Below, in pieces: positions 12,886-25,999 of a stretch of DNA of 64,000 bases; positions within the stretch are counted from its first letter, which is position 1; the number at the start of each line of letters is the position of its first letter. Source of the DNA: Lama guanicoe (Eukaryota); the NCBI GenBank assembly GCA_013239625.1, contig MU054323.1:10633186-10697185 (forward strand). Reading direction: 5' to 3'. The notes under the pieces were generated by a model, which ran no database searches, was not told where the DNA came from, and worked only from the letters and a program-made list of their open reading frames with translations. A program made the position numbers and the translations under genes.

Positions 12886-13689
12886 TACTTTACTTGCACA
12901 CTTACTGAAATGGCTGTTCTGCATCACTCAGAATCTGCAAAGCAGGAAATGTTGGCCCAACAGAGGTAAATGTAAGAAAAGCTCTTATCAGCTGAACTCT
13001 CACTTATATAGCAGGTTTCATACTATATCTTTCATAGGGCTGTCTTTTCAATGACCATGCCATCCTAATGTCAGCTAGGGTCTGCTTCCCTGCCCTCTGA
13101 AGTCTAGAGAAGATGAGCCTAAACTTCCCATTCCATACCTTGTGGAAGTTTAAAATTCTCAAATTCTCATTAGAATTGCCAAAATTCCCAGGTGCTCATG
13201 GCCATTTCTGGCTTCAAACTCATGGACTGTTTCATTTATGCCAGTGTTATGTTTGTTTTGTAACAAGGTGGTGCCAAGGTGAAACTTGACCCCTTCCTTG
13301 AGTTCCACCAGAAAAAATACTTATGTAAAGAAATTTCTGTGTCTACTACAATACAATAGTTTTTAGGTGGGGACAACAATAAATTCAGAGAAATTTACAT
13401 CCAACGAATACAAACAATCTCAAAGTGAACATTAGGTATGCCAGATCCTACATTCCTTCAATCACTCCTCCCGTAAGAAACTATCAAAGATAGCTTCACT
13501 GGTGCTTTCTCCCCTCTCTCTTCTTTCAGGAAGTGTCCTCTCACTATTTTCAACAGAACACATGGACATCTAGGACTTTAGATCTGCTATCTGCCCCTCA
13601 AGTAATCTACATGAAGATATTTTTTCAAATAAAGGCAGTTTCTTCCCCAGAGGAATTTGTGTGCCAGCTTGCTACATGATGACATCACT

Positions 13690-13810
13690 TTCATGAAAGT
13701 ATGAGCTCCTTGGGAAAAGTACCATATCTTTACACTGCTATGTATTTCCCACTAGGCCTAGAAGAGTGCCCAGCAGATACTAAGTGCTCAAGAGCTGTTT
13801 TGATGATTGA
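13690..13810 (+). mobile_element. L2 LINE 3' end
   Basis: atgagctccttgggaaaagtaccatatc...cctagaagagtgcccagcagatactaagtgctcaa. Confidence 0.7.
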
Positions 13811-15129
13811 CAAGAAACCAGAGATTCATGTATTTGTATATTGACTCATAGAAAGTTTGACTGTTAGACTAATACTCCCTCCACTGAACCATTCTCTGAA
13901 CAACACTGACTTTCCATAAATCTATGTTCAACTACCACTATATTTCCTTAAAGGGAAATTCATAAATCAGAGCAGACTAAACTGTGGGCCTAATTTCCTT
14001 CACTGAAACTCATAATATTCATCTTCTCAAGTGACCATAATACATGATTCCAAAATGACCTAGTGATTATGTCTCGGGACACCAAAAAAAGTTTAAGTAA
14101 AAATGTCCTGATTACATTGATACAAAATACTTTCAGGAAGCCATGCTCTTATTAATCACTTCAGGTGAGTCAAAGTAAACACAATCAGTTAAAGCTTTAA
14201 GAAAAAAAATCGAAATAAAATTCTTGGTCCAAAAATGATTGCTCTCCCTCCCCCATCATCCTCCTTCACTCCCTCCCCCATTCTCTCAGCAAATTTTACC
14301 CAATAAAGGACACAGACAGTGATGACAGCTGTGCTAGAACAATTTCCCTTTATTGAGTTTAACCTCATGAGGACCATTTAAGAAGACTGGATTTTATCTT
14401 GGGTGACTCACAGATGTGTCATGTATTTAAGATATATTGAATATCCTCTCACAACAGGGTTTAAAGAATCAGGCAATCTCTTCAGCTATTTTCCATTCTC
14501 TTTTGTTTAATGTTTAAAGGAAAACATAGGACAAAATCTAGTGGACATCAGGGGTTGTGAAAATTTAGACTTGGTTCCCCATGTATCAATACAGGGAAAT
14601 CACAGCAAATATGTCTAGTCTATAACCTGATATATTTCAGGTCTAGATATTTACAATGCTTCTCTCTTATATTTGTCTATGTGTCATGTAGAGAAATAAT
14701 GAAATGTTTGGCTCCATGCTGAAAACACCCTAAGAGGAACTTTTGAAAACATTTCTTTGTTATGTGAAAACAAAAAAATAAGAGGAAGAAAAGAGAGAAG
14801 GGTAATATCTCTGAGAACTCCCTTGTTTTCTTGGTTCCTCAATTACTTCCTCCTGATTAGTATAGCTTTCCCAATTCTTCCCCAAGTAAAACCTCCAGAG
14901 TTGTTTCTTCCCCAAATGTTGCTCTTATTGTTAGTGTCTCTGAGAAGCAGGAGAGACAGCCTCAGCCTATTAAGGTCTCACTTCTACAAGCAAAGATAGT
15001 AATGATGGTATGACATTCGCACCATAGTTCAGAGCCAAGATTTGCCTAAGTCCAGAGAAACTTTCCATGGGATGATAGAAAACTAAACTCTTGATCTGCT
15101 CTTTCTATTTCTGAGCTCTGTTTCTCAGA

Positions 15130-16030
15130 TAATGGCATTACAAAATATCCAGTTGCTGAAACAATACAATAAAGTTAATATTGATTCTCTTTTCTTCAGT
15201 TATCAAGATTCACAGCCTTCTTCCTACTCCCAGTGGGACTGCTCTGGTTTGGGTCTTCATTTGTATTTGAGTAGCCTCTTACCTGGCCTTGTTTTGGCCA
15301 CTCTTTCCTCATATTCTTCCTCCATCACTATCAGACTGATCTTGGTAAAACAATATCTGGTCAAGTTACCCCTCTGTTTGTAAACCCATTAATGTCCTTC
15401 TACTGTCTGCCTTATAAAGTCTGGATTCCTTACTGTGACTTTCAAAGTCCTTCATAAGCTGGTTCTAAACATATCTTTCCATCCTGTGTCCCACCACAAC
15501 TCCATCTCACCTTGCCCCTTGCCCCTTGCCCTGACCCATCAGCATAATGGCTTTCAACTGTTGAATCTCTACTCTGTGCTCTACACAGTGCTATGTTCCA
15601 TACAGACAACCCTTCACTTTATCCTCCTAACAATGCTTAGAGCTGATACAGTCACTGTTAGAATTTTACAGACCGGTTACAGAGGTTAAGTAAATTGTCT
15701 CTATCTTCTGGCTGAACTGCCCTTTCCTTCCACATCTTAGATAATATTTTTCCCTTCCTTTAAGCCCCTAGTCAAATAACACCTACTCTTTAAAGCTGGC
15801 CTCAGCAATATTTGGCTCTTTCAACTCCCCCTTTTCTTCCATCTAATGTTACTCTCAGTCTCTATTTTTCTGTAGAATGCTCTCTAAACTTGATTACAGC
15901 AACAATCACTATCAGTTTACTGTGTCTGTCACCTGCTCTAAACCATGAACTATCCTTTATGTCTTATGCATTTGTAACATTCTTTATCCTTTACATCTAT
16001 CATGAGCCTGGCACACAGTAGGTACTAAAT
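15130..16030 (+). mobile_element. L2 LINE 3' region, with an antisense MIR nested at ~15560-15700
   Basis: L2-type text (gtgactttcaaagtccttcataagctgg...gagcctggcacacagtaggtactaaata) interrupted by ttttacagaccggttacagaggttaagtaaattg. Confidence 0.65.
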
Positions 16031-16489
16031 AGCTGATTATAGGGTTGAGTGCTGGGCTCCAAGATGTTGGAGGGATCCTAGGTATTAGGGGTTGAGAGGG
16101 AGCCTATGCAGGGTAAGGGCATGGTGCCAAGGATAAGCAGGGAGGGCTCTTGGCTAGGCCATTATTCTTATCTCATCATTCAGAATTAGAGTTGAAGTCC
16201 ATTATGCGACCACATGATATTGTATGCATCCATGGGGCTTATTCTGGGAACGAGAACAAGGCTATACCTGGGATTAGAAACCAGATAGACTTGCTAGCTT
16301 TCAAAGGATTTTTTCATTAAAGCACACAGATAAAATATAATATAAATTTCACTCACGTAAGTGCTGCCTCCTCTTCTTCCTGAGAAGTAATGAAATAATT
16401 AAATAGAACTGACCCCTAACTTGAACCTCCCCGCCCCACATCTCCCCACTATGATACATCGCCGTTTCTCATTCCCTTCTGCTGTCCTG

Positions 16490-16815
16490 CCACCATGCTG
16501 AAGTTCACGCAACAGTGCTCATCTCTAGGCCATTTTCAATTAATTTCCTGAGTAAAATTTCACGAGACACTATCAAACCTTTTGCTAAAATCAAGATATA
16601 TTACATCTACTCTATTCCCTTAGTCTACTAATCAAAAAAGCAATCAACTTTGTCTGGCATGATTTGTTCTTTTAAAACCCATAATGCTTATTGCTCATAA
16701 TTCCATTATCCTAGATAGTATTTTTTTCCTCTTAATATCTGTTCCACTATTTTAACAGGGATTGAATTACTAGACGGTCGTTTCTAGGATCCCTTTCTCC
16801 CTCGCTGCTTTGAAA
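16490..16815 (-). mobile_element. CR1/L3 LINE reverse-transcriptase fossil
   Basis: Minus-strand translation with frameshifts: DPRN.R...SIPVKIVEQILR...HYGF*KNKSCQTKLIAF...VDVIYLDFSKRFDSVS (VDVIYLDFSK = 16610-16581). These are the hallmark CR1 ORF2 RT motifs. Confidence 0.9.
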
Positions 16816-16879
16816 GTTTGCTACCTAATTTGATACTATCAACATAATGGTGTTTCCTTACTGTGCTGCATCACAAAAG

Positions 16880-17070
16880 AATAAGAAAGGGACTTTCAGG
16901 AGTCACTTGGTCAATGTCCCTGTTTCTTCACAAGGCTCTCATCACCTTCCCGAACCACTGTAGACCACTATCCATTATTCAGTGTCTCCCAAAAAGGAGT
17001 GTCTGAGATCTCCTTTGCTAACTGAATCAATGAGTCATAACCTTATGCTTAGGAAGCATGTCTTAATTTC
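16880..17070 (-). mobile_element. L3/CR1 3'-end fragment
   Basis: aaagggactttcaggagtcacttggtcaatgtccc...tctcccaaaaaggagtgtctgagatctcctttgctaac...aggaagcatgtcttaatttc resembles the antisense L3 3' end. Confidence 0.5.
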
Positions 17071-17184
17071 TCTTTCAGGTACCTTCTAAAGGAGGATGCT
17101 ATGATGAAGAAGGCACAGATCTGAGTTCAAATCCCGAGTGTTCCATTTACTAGATATGGGACTTTAGGTAACTTTATTTCTTTT

Positions 17185-17660
17185 TTTTAATGGAATAGGA
17201 ATTTATATATAAAAACATTTTAAAATGTTATATTTCTTTTTCTTTAATTTTTTAATTACAAAAGAAATATGTGAAAAGTTCTAACAACACAAAAGTGCAT
17301 CCTCCCCTTGGCTCTCCAAACAAAATTCCACTCTCTACAAGTAACCGGTGATAACAGTTTGATATATATGCACCCAGGATATTTTCTATACCTAAATAAA
17401 CATATACAAATTAAAATGAGGCCATAATATTATACTGTTTTACAATATACATCTTTCATTTAGCTACACATCAATATATATAGTTATCGACGTCAGTACA
17501 TATATCTATCTAAAATTTTTTCACAGTAAGTATGTCTTAACTTTGTAATTAAATTTATTATGGTTAAATCCTAGTTATTTTGGTCAGTCCTTACTAATGA
17601 ACATTTAAAGTAATTTCCAATTTTTCTCTATTCCAAATAATAATGGCAATGAACTATAAT
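17185..17660 (-). mobile_element. L1ME 3' fragment (adjacent to MIR fragment 17095-17180)
   Basis: gtaaccggtgataacagtttgatatatatg...ccttactaatgaacatttaaagtaatttccaatttttt. Confidence 0.65.
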
Positions 17661-18154
17661 AATGTTTAAACAAGTAATAAAAATCAAGTGAGGGAAAGAG
17701 TGGGAACTGTGAGACCATGAGAGTTGCCTATAAAAGGCAGGCTGCTTCCTTCTCTTCCTCTCCCCCAAATCTCCCCTAATAGCAGAACTTGATGGGACAG
17801 GGACACCAGAGGTGGCCCCATCCTTGGTCATCCTGAATAATGGGATGGCACAAAGAAGCACCTTTCACTCACACAATGTGAAGCTCACTGTGAAATTCTC
17901 TAAATCCTCCTTGGGCACTGCAAGCAGGCGCCTGCGCCTGGTTCATGCTGCTGCTTATAGCCTGAGTACCCTTAGATAAGGTCTTTACCTTTTCTGGAGT
18001 TCACCTTGTTTACTTATAAAACAGTGATAACTTTTATGATCATAACTATAGCTGCCATTTATTGAGTATTTACTACATGCCAAATATTGTGACAAAGAGA
18101 GCTTTATTATCTTACTTTTCACTAAATTCCTTTGAAATGAATGATATGACTCAT

Positions 18155-20940
18155 TTTTAATTGGGTTTCTAGGCTTATTGAATTATAAGAGTTATTTATA
18201 TAGATTCTAGATACAAGACCTTTATATAATACATAACTTGCAAGTATTTTCTCCCATTTCCTTAATGCTGTCTTCTAAACACAAGAGTTTTGCATTTTTG
18301 ATGAGGTACAATTTATCAAATTTTCTTTTATTGATTGTGATTTAGTGTCATATCTAAGAACTATTTTCCCAACCCAAGGTCACAAGGATTTTCTCCTACT
18401 TTTTTCTAGAAACTATATAGTTTTCATCCTCACATTTTGGTCTACAATTCATTTTGAGTTAATTTTTGTATATAGTGTGAGGTAGGGGTTTAAGTTTATT
18501 TTTTGTATGTGGGTATCCAATTATCCTAGCACTATTTGTTGAAAAGACTTGCCTTCTCCCATTGAATTGCCCAGACATCTTTGTCAAAAATCAACTGATC
18601 ATAACTGTTCAGATTTATTTCTGATTCCACTGGTACATATGACTCTCCTTGCCCCAATATCACACTGTCTTTACTACTTTGGCTTTACAGTAAGTTTTAT
18701 AAGAAGGCAATGTAAATTCTCCAACTTTTTCTCCTTCTTTAAAAAAATTATCTCATATATTCTAGATACTTTGCGTTTTCATTTAGATTTTAAGTGGAAG
18801 GAAGGAAGAAAGGAAGAAAAAGAAAAAGATGAATTAAAAAAAAAGAAAGAAAGCCTGCTGGGATTTTGGTAGGGATTACACTGAATTTACAGATAAATTT
18901 GGTGAGTAATGCCATCTTACACTATTGAGTTTTCCACTATAAACTGTAAAATAAAAATGTAGTGTTTCTCTTTTTGTTTATATTATCCCTTAATTTCTTT
19001 CAGCAATGCTCTGTAATTTTAAGTGTGAAAGACTTACACTTTCTTTGTTAAATCTCTTCCTAAGAATTTTCTTCTTTTTGATGTTTTTATCATCTGAATT
19101 GATTTAATTCCCTTTTGGGAATTGTCTGTTGTTAGAAAATAGAAATATAATTAATTTCTGTATATTGGTTTGTATCTTGTGATCTTTCTAAATTCACTTA
19201 TTTATTCTATTAGTTTTTGGATTTTTTATGGGAATTCTTTTGGAGTTTCTAAATAAAGGATCATGTTACCTCATAATAATTTTACTTTTTCCTTTTTAAT
19301 CTGTATGCCTTTAATTTCTCCCTTCTTCCCTTCCTTCCTTCATTTATCTCATCTTTCTTTTTCTCATTGCACTGGTTTGGTTCAGTGTTGAACAGAAGTG
19401 GTGAAAGCAGCCATTTTTGCCTTGTTCACAACCTTGGGAGAAAGCTTTCAATCTTTCATCAATCTGTCTTTTGACTGAATGTTTGGATTATTTACACTTA
19501 ACATAACTAATGATTTGGTTGTATTTACACTTGTCTTCTTGCTGAGTTTTTTAGACGTCTCCTGTCTTTTTAGTTCCTCTATTCCTTCTCAAATGCCAGG
19601 TATTTTTTCAGTGTACCATTTAAAAACTTCTGTTGATTTAAAAAAATGTTTTTGGAGTTATTTTCTTACTGGTTGCTCTATGCTACATCCATCTGAACTT
19701 ATCACAGTCTACTTCAGATTAATACTAACCTAATTTTAATAAAATACAGAAACTTTGTTCAAATATAGCACCATTCCATTTCCTATTATTCTTATATATC
19801 TATATATGTATCAACTCAACAATATAGCTTTGTAATTGTGCATTTATATAATCTTATGTCTTTCAAAAATGTTAAGGAAAAACATATTTGTTGAATCTTT
19901 TATATTAACTCACATATTTACGATTTATGGTGTTCTTCACTTCTTCCTGTAGATTCAAGTTATCTTCTATAATCTCATTTCACTTTGAAGATCTTACTTT
20001 AATACTTACTGTAAGGCAGGTCTGCTAGCAACTTTGGATTCCAGTTTTCTTGAAGATTGTAGACGGTCATTTTGTTGTTGTTGTTATTGTTGTTGTTTTG
20101 TTTTCTTTCTTCAGTTAGTTTCTTGGTTTAATCGCTTGGCTGAGCTATATCTATGAAATCTGTCTTCCTTGTAGTGCGTGGCTGCTGATGTTGCTGCTCA
20201 GTTTTTTTTCCTAGTGTTCTTTAATTTTTTATCCTGGCTTCCTATGGGTCATTTCTCTGTAGTTTAATGGTCTGCAATGTTTGGACAGACGATGTGCTCA
20301 AACACCATGAACCAGTAAGACTTCTGTCCTTTGCCAACAGATCTGTGTGTGGGTAAAAAAGTGTATTCGAGGCTCGAGCTGCTGACCCATCCATGTCTCC
20401 TCTGCATATATTCATAGACTTAGGGTTGGCTAGAAAGTTGTGGCTAGGTTGGACCTTTCCCACCTCCACTAGGAATACACATAGTCTCAATCATGAATAT
20501 GCCTGACCCAACCATGACAGACACTCAGGCTAGTTGAGTCTCCGGTTTTCACTTTCACCTATAGCACTGTCAGGCATGTACTGTACCTCCAAATCAAGTG
20601 AGTCCTCTTCAAGTGTGGCATAGCTTTGGTTCCTCTTGGTGTACGCTACTTTAACAGGACCTCTGTGTAGAATGAGTTAGGTAGACAGGAGAAGCACCAG
20701 GTCAGAATGCCACAGATTTCCGTGGTTCTTACCTGGGTGTTACCTGCAACCACACACTGCAGGGAAGACAGAAGTTCAACAGTTTCTTAAGCACAAATTC
20801 TTCTTAGATTGTTATATTCACTTGGCCAATATTCAGAGCACTCATATGGTTGTTTTCATCAGTTTAGTCCAGCTTTATAGTTGCTTTTTGAGGCGAGAAT
20901 TTGCCAGTCCCTTCACTTAGCCATAGCTGGAAATCTTGCC
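18155..20940 (-). mobile_element. Old L1M, composite: ORF2 3' part, internal part and 5' region
   Basis: Antisense L1 ORF2 text: ttgcaagtattttctccc; tacaattcattttgagttaatttttgtatatagtgtgaggtagggg; gcactatttgttgaaaagact; gttgaacagaagtggtgaaagcagccat. Later gtaaggcaggtctgctagcaac and L1M 5'-type sequence to ~20940. Confidence 0.85.
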
Positions 20941-21086
20941 TTTCCTTACTCCTTTGAATCTTATTTTATTAGTCTGAAACTTGGATATTCAATTTTCCAA
21001 AACTATTTTATGTTTTTATTGTGAGACTCATATAAAGCTTTGTATGATAAGTGTGTGGCATAAAGTAAGCCCTTGGTAAACACTGA

Positions 21087-21293
21087 CAGGGTCACTGTAT
21101 ACAGTTGGGTGAATTGTGCCCTGCAAATGAGGGGGCGAGTGGGACTGAGATTCAGCTCACATTCTTGTCCAAGCTATGAGTTCTAGCACTGGCTGCACCC
21201 ATCCAGAAGAGGCACCTTTTCCTAATTCCTTCACCCAGGGGGGGCAACTGTGTTAAATTCACACTGAGTTGCCAGATAGCCTAGCTGGACCCA
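21087..21293. mobile_element. MER91 (hAT-Tip100) MITE
   Basis: cagggtcactgtatacagttg...gagggggcgagtgggactgagattcagc...ccagaagaggcaccttttcctaattc matches the recalled MER91 consensus. Confidence 0.75.
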
Positions 21294-23289
21294 GGGTTGC
21301 CTTCCCTCCCCTCAACCTTTGCCCTTCTTGATGTAGGTTAAGTCCTTTATCTTGAGCTGGCCCAACATGTTCACAGGAAAGTGCCTTATCAGTCTCATGC
21401 CTTTTGATTGTTTCTCCTCTATTTTCACTTTGCCTTTTTCAGATTAAATGGGCTTGATAACTTTACTTATATATTTACGGAAGCATGAATTTTTTAAAAG
21501 TTGTGAGCTGCTGCTGCCTCCAGTAGAGGTGTTGGATAAAGTACTGCTAATTATATTTCCTGCATAAACTCAATTTCTAAATCCCTCTGAAAGACAGAAC
21601 TCCTTAAGGATCCTCTTTCCCTCCATGTGAGCACCTGTTTCCTTTCTAAAGAACACTGACTTTCCATATTACCTTTGACATCAGGGGTAAATAAGCCAAT
21701 TGATTCAACTTATTTTTCTATTACATGAGGTTTTAATTTTAATGATTTCCTCATGGAGCACAAGAATTCTACAATTTGCTGCCTTTCTTGCTTCTCTAGC
21801 AAGCAATGTTTCTCAAATTTATCCTTATACATGAGTCACATGAAGGGCAACAGATCTGAATTTGTCTTTACTGGTAGGCGAAGCCCACGTCCAGTCTGTG
21901 TGCTAGCTGACCCTGCTGATCCTGCCTATCTGCTTCCATAGTTGTAGGAAGGACACATACGCTTTCAATGAGAAAGAGAGGTTGAGAGGGAAGAGGGCCA
22001 CAGGACACAAGGATAGAAGATAGAGGGAAAAGCAAAGACAGAAAAAATAAGAAAGGAATGAAGCACTCATGTGAGCTGGACAACTGTGGTTGATCTCTGG
22101 AGGGTTGCCAAGCTCGAAGAACTGAAGCACTTATCTTCTCCGAATTCTTTACTTTGAAAGCATTAATTATTTTGATTCCTCTATTTTTTAATATGCTCCA
22201 TGTTTTTGATATAATTTATAATTAAAAGCTAAACAGGGAAGAATCTGTGTTAAGAGCTTGGACATGGGAGGGATGGCAGCAACTGCACTGATTCCTCCCA
22301 GACTCGGCAGCTCCCTGAGTATACACTGCTCTTGGGATGGATCCTTTTGGGTATAAACATACTGTGTTAATAAATGAAGAAAAGTAATTCTTAGGAGAGG
22401 TGGAGTATATAATCTAAGGAACAATACCTGAATAATACTTCGTATTTGTGTAGCACAAGCAATATTGGAGGTGAAGCTATTAAACAAGAGCATCCTATGC
22501 TGTTGTTGTAGAAGTGAATTTAATTCCTGCCTACTTTACAATGAGAAGACCATTCTCATTTTATTTACAAGGAATAAATAATTCCTTATTGCCAGAATAA
22601 TATTTCAAATAGCTCTTTCATTGCTTCCAGGTGCAGAGAATGCCAATCATATCAGAGAGAAGGCAGTTGCTGAAGAGAACACAAGTGCAGGTCAGGTACT
22701 CTGTAACAAAGACACAGGGAACTGCCACACTATGCATGCAACCAGTTTCGTAACAAGTAAGCCTATTAAATCAAGTAAATCCAGCATATTTCAAAATAAT
22801 AACAGTTTCCATAAAAATCAACTAAGAAATGCCCGATATCTAATAAATGTGTTTTGATTAAGTGTGACTAGCAATTCTAAAGTGAGAAGTGGACAGAATC
22901 AAAATAGATGATAATGCTTTAGATAAGAAAAACCTAGACTACCACAATAGCCAACAGGTAAAAGGTTCTTACCGATTCTTCAGGGGGAGAACTGGACACT
23001 AGATCTGAACCTGCTGTGTAATCTTTAGGGTCTGCTGCCATTCCATTTGTAAATGCCCTCAGTTATTCTCAGCAAATTCGTTTGTCATGTCTAAAAAGTC
23101 CTAAATATGTTGTACGTGGATACCTGGGCCAAACAGGCCTTTTAGGGTCAAGATTCTTAACTCAAGATAGAGCTATACCCCTTGCTTTGGGCTGCTGTGG
23201 CTGGGATGACTGCTATTAGGCTGGGCTACATATTACTCTACTGTGCCACTTTCCTGTTTACAGAATGGACTCTTGTGCATTATTTCCAC

Positions 23290-23560
23290 TGATTTTTATA
23301 ACAAGTCAGGGAAGAGAGCTACATATCTCTCTTCAATTTATATTAAACCAGTCTTTCTTCATCTTGAATGAGTAAAGATTATCTTTTTACTCTAAGCAGA
23401 ATTACACTGTAGTTATTCCCATTCAAGAGAATTTTATTTTATTCCTCTTTGCAAGGTCCTGGCTTTCCCTCAACTCTCTTCAGGCATAAATTCTGAGCGG
23501 TTCATAGCCTTTCTTAAACAGAACCCATATTTCTTCAAGATGTGTCTTATCTGAACCATT
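23290..23560 (-). mobile_element. Possible L3/CR1 fragment
   Basis: ctctcttcaggcataaattctgagcggttcatagcctttctt resembles antisense L3 (ctcttctccaggctaaataatcccagttcc...cctttcctc). Confidence 0.4.
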
Positions 23561-24134
23561 TGATACATAGAAATAAGTGAGGCTAAAAAATCCAGATAAC
23601 AGTGATAAAAGGTTCTTAAGAAGAGGAAGTAGGAAATCAGAAAGACAACTTCACATGCTCTTAGAGCTTATCTAGTATCCCACCCACTCAATTTACCAAT
23701 TGAAAAACTGAGTTCTGAGTTCACATGGTAGCCAAGGGCAGACCCACCACTCCTGACTCTCAGCACAATGCTCCTTACATTCTAAAACAGCAGTTCTGGC
23801 TGCAGTAAGCTGATCCCACCTTCTCACACTGATTACATCCCTATGCAGCCTGGATGACAAGCTTCATACTGCGGCTGCCTTAGACAGCACTCCTTGCCCT
23901 GGCTATCTACAAAGAAGACATGGGTGAGAGTAGACTTTCCAAGATCCTTCTGAAGTCTCTGCCCTTACCAGTTACCACAGTGGACATAATTTGGCTGTGT
24001 CATGGAACAGAGCGAGTCTCCCTGGCATCAATGGTGTATGGACGATAACCCTGATTCAGAATGTACTGCCAGACATCTAATGAGAGAGAGTCTTATGTAG
24101 GAGTAGGTCTGGAAAATACTGTGTTTTATGAAGA

Positions 24135-24420
24135 GTTTGATACAATGGAAAGAACATGAAATTTGGTAATCAAAAACTGGAATTCAGGACCTGGCTCTCT
24201 CACAGCCTGGATTTGTAGATTTTGTGGACAGGCAACTTACTTCATCTCTCTCAGCATTCATCTGTGGGTCAAGAAATATTTAGTGAATGTCTATTTTATA
24301 CTGGGCATTGGGCCAGGCTCTTGGGACATCACAAAGAATGAGAAAGACCTAGTTTCTCCTTACTAAACTTGGGGCATCATAATGAATGAGAAAGACCCAG
24401 TTTCCTCTCTTTAAAGTCTG
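24135..24420. mobile_element. MIR (+, ~24135-24250) followed by L2 3' end (-, ~24255-24420)
   Basis: aactggaattcaggacctggctct...ggcaacttacttcatctctct, then caagaaatatttagtgaatgtcta...gggccaggctcttggga. Confidence 0.65.
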
Positions 24421-25065
24421 CTATTTAGCGTTAGTTTGCCAACCTATATGTTAGGGACACTAACAATACACATCTCGTTGTTTTATGAGAAATCAAACGT
24501 GATCATGGATGGAAAAATACTTTTTTTGCAGACTCTAGGTCCTTCCAGTTTCACTGGGTTCAGAGCCCAGGGCCAGTCCCTGACTGGCAGCCGCTCACCA
24601 CAGGACCCACCTGTACTTTCACTGCCTTCTCCAGCCACCTCACACAGGAGTGTCACAGAAACTGTCCTGGGCAGCATCACAGCTTCCTTCCACGGGTGAG
24701 GTAGCCTCACCCCAGCTCCCCCATTTCGAGTAATGAGCCTTTCCAGGTCCCTTCGCCAGGATGCCTTCAGTTCTTCTTACCCACAGGAGCCAGACTCCCA
24801 GACAGAGCTGTATATGTCGAGCCTCAGCTCCTGTTGCTGCTCTTTCTGTTCCATTTCTCAACCACAGAGATGTTGCCCTGTTCCCTGTGGAGGGGGAAGT
24901 TACAGACTGTCTGTATGGACAGAATGTATGGACTCAATGGACACCTTCTATAACAAATACAAGCAATTGTGTCTCTAAGGCCGAGTCAACCCTCTGAGCC
25001 CTGCCCTTTCTAGAATGGTGCCTCAAGAGCATATCATTTTTCCTCCAAATGTGGTCAAGACCAGA

Positions 25066-25706
25066 AGTACTAGTTTCCTATTGCTTCTATAACAAATTAT
25101 CAGAAACTTAGTGGCTTAAAAACAACACAGATTTATTATCTTACAGTTTAGGAGGTCAGAAGACTAAGATGGGTTGGAAGGCTGTGTTCCTTCTAGAAGA
25201 GATTCAAGAGAGAAAGCATTTTCTTCCCTTCTCCAGCTTCTAGGAGCTTCCTGCATTCCTTCTCGCATGGCCTCTTCCTTCAACTTCAGCACCAGCAGCC
25301 TCTGGGCTGCCACTTTACATGGAACGGTGTCTGTCCGATTTTAGATGTCCCCTAGACTTAGAGTTTAATCTAGAGTGTCCTGCAGTCAGTAGGGGCTTCC
25401 CAATTGTTGATTTAGTAAAGAAATACAAGATTCAAAGAACAGAATTTAATAATTGATACAAATAGTACATAATTAAAAGATCTTTAAGGCTCTGTCTCTC
25501 TGACCTCTGCTTCTATCATCACATCTTCTCTGACTCTGGCTCTCCTGTCTTCCTCTTTCTCTTATTAGGACCTTTGTGATTCCACTGCCCATGTGGAAAA
25601 CCCAGGATAATCTCATCTGCAAAGTCCGTTTTGCCATGTAAAGCAACATAGTTACAGGTCCTGAGGATTAGGACTTCTTTGGGTGGTCATAATTTTATCT
25701 GCCACA
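25066..25706 (-). mobile_element. MLT1 (MaLR, MLT1D-like) solo LTR carrying a 185-bp foreign insert
   Basis: tagtttcctattgcttctataacaaattatcagaaacttagtggcttaaaacaacacagatttattatcttacagtt...gccatgtaaagcaacatagttacaggtcctgaggattaggac...tgccaca. Confidence 0.88.
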
Positions 25707-25999
25707 CTGGCCCACAGCACTATGCCTGAACACTCTTCAGGCTCCCTAGCCTCTCAAGGAGCTCCTCTTTCTTCCCTCCAGGGTGCCATATAGGTTTTGA
25801 GAGGCAATTCTCCAATCTTGATGCTGTGGTCTAAAGAGTGACTTCAGCCATAGGTCTGTCCAGCTTCCAGAAACCATGACTAAATCTTGGGGAATGGATA
25901 CATCTCCTAAGGCTGGTGGGGATTTCTTTGGCTCACAAATTTTGTGCCAGGTACATTGCTATCCTTTGTATTGGAAATGCCTACCCCTAGCCTTATATT

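Noticed and set aside
21516..21534. CTCF-like ccagtagaggtgttg
   Set aside because: Mismatches the GGC core of CCASYAGRKGGC.
22631..22695. Plus-strand acceptor ctctttcattgcttccag with nearby weak donors
   Set aside because: Donor sites are poor and isolated acceptor-like motifs are common in mammalian DNA.
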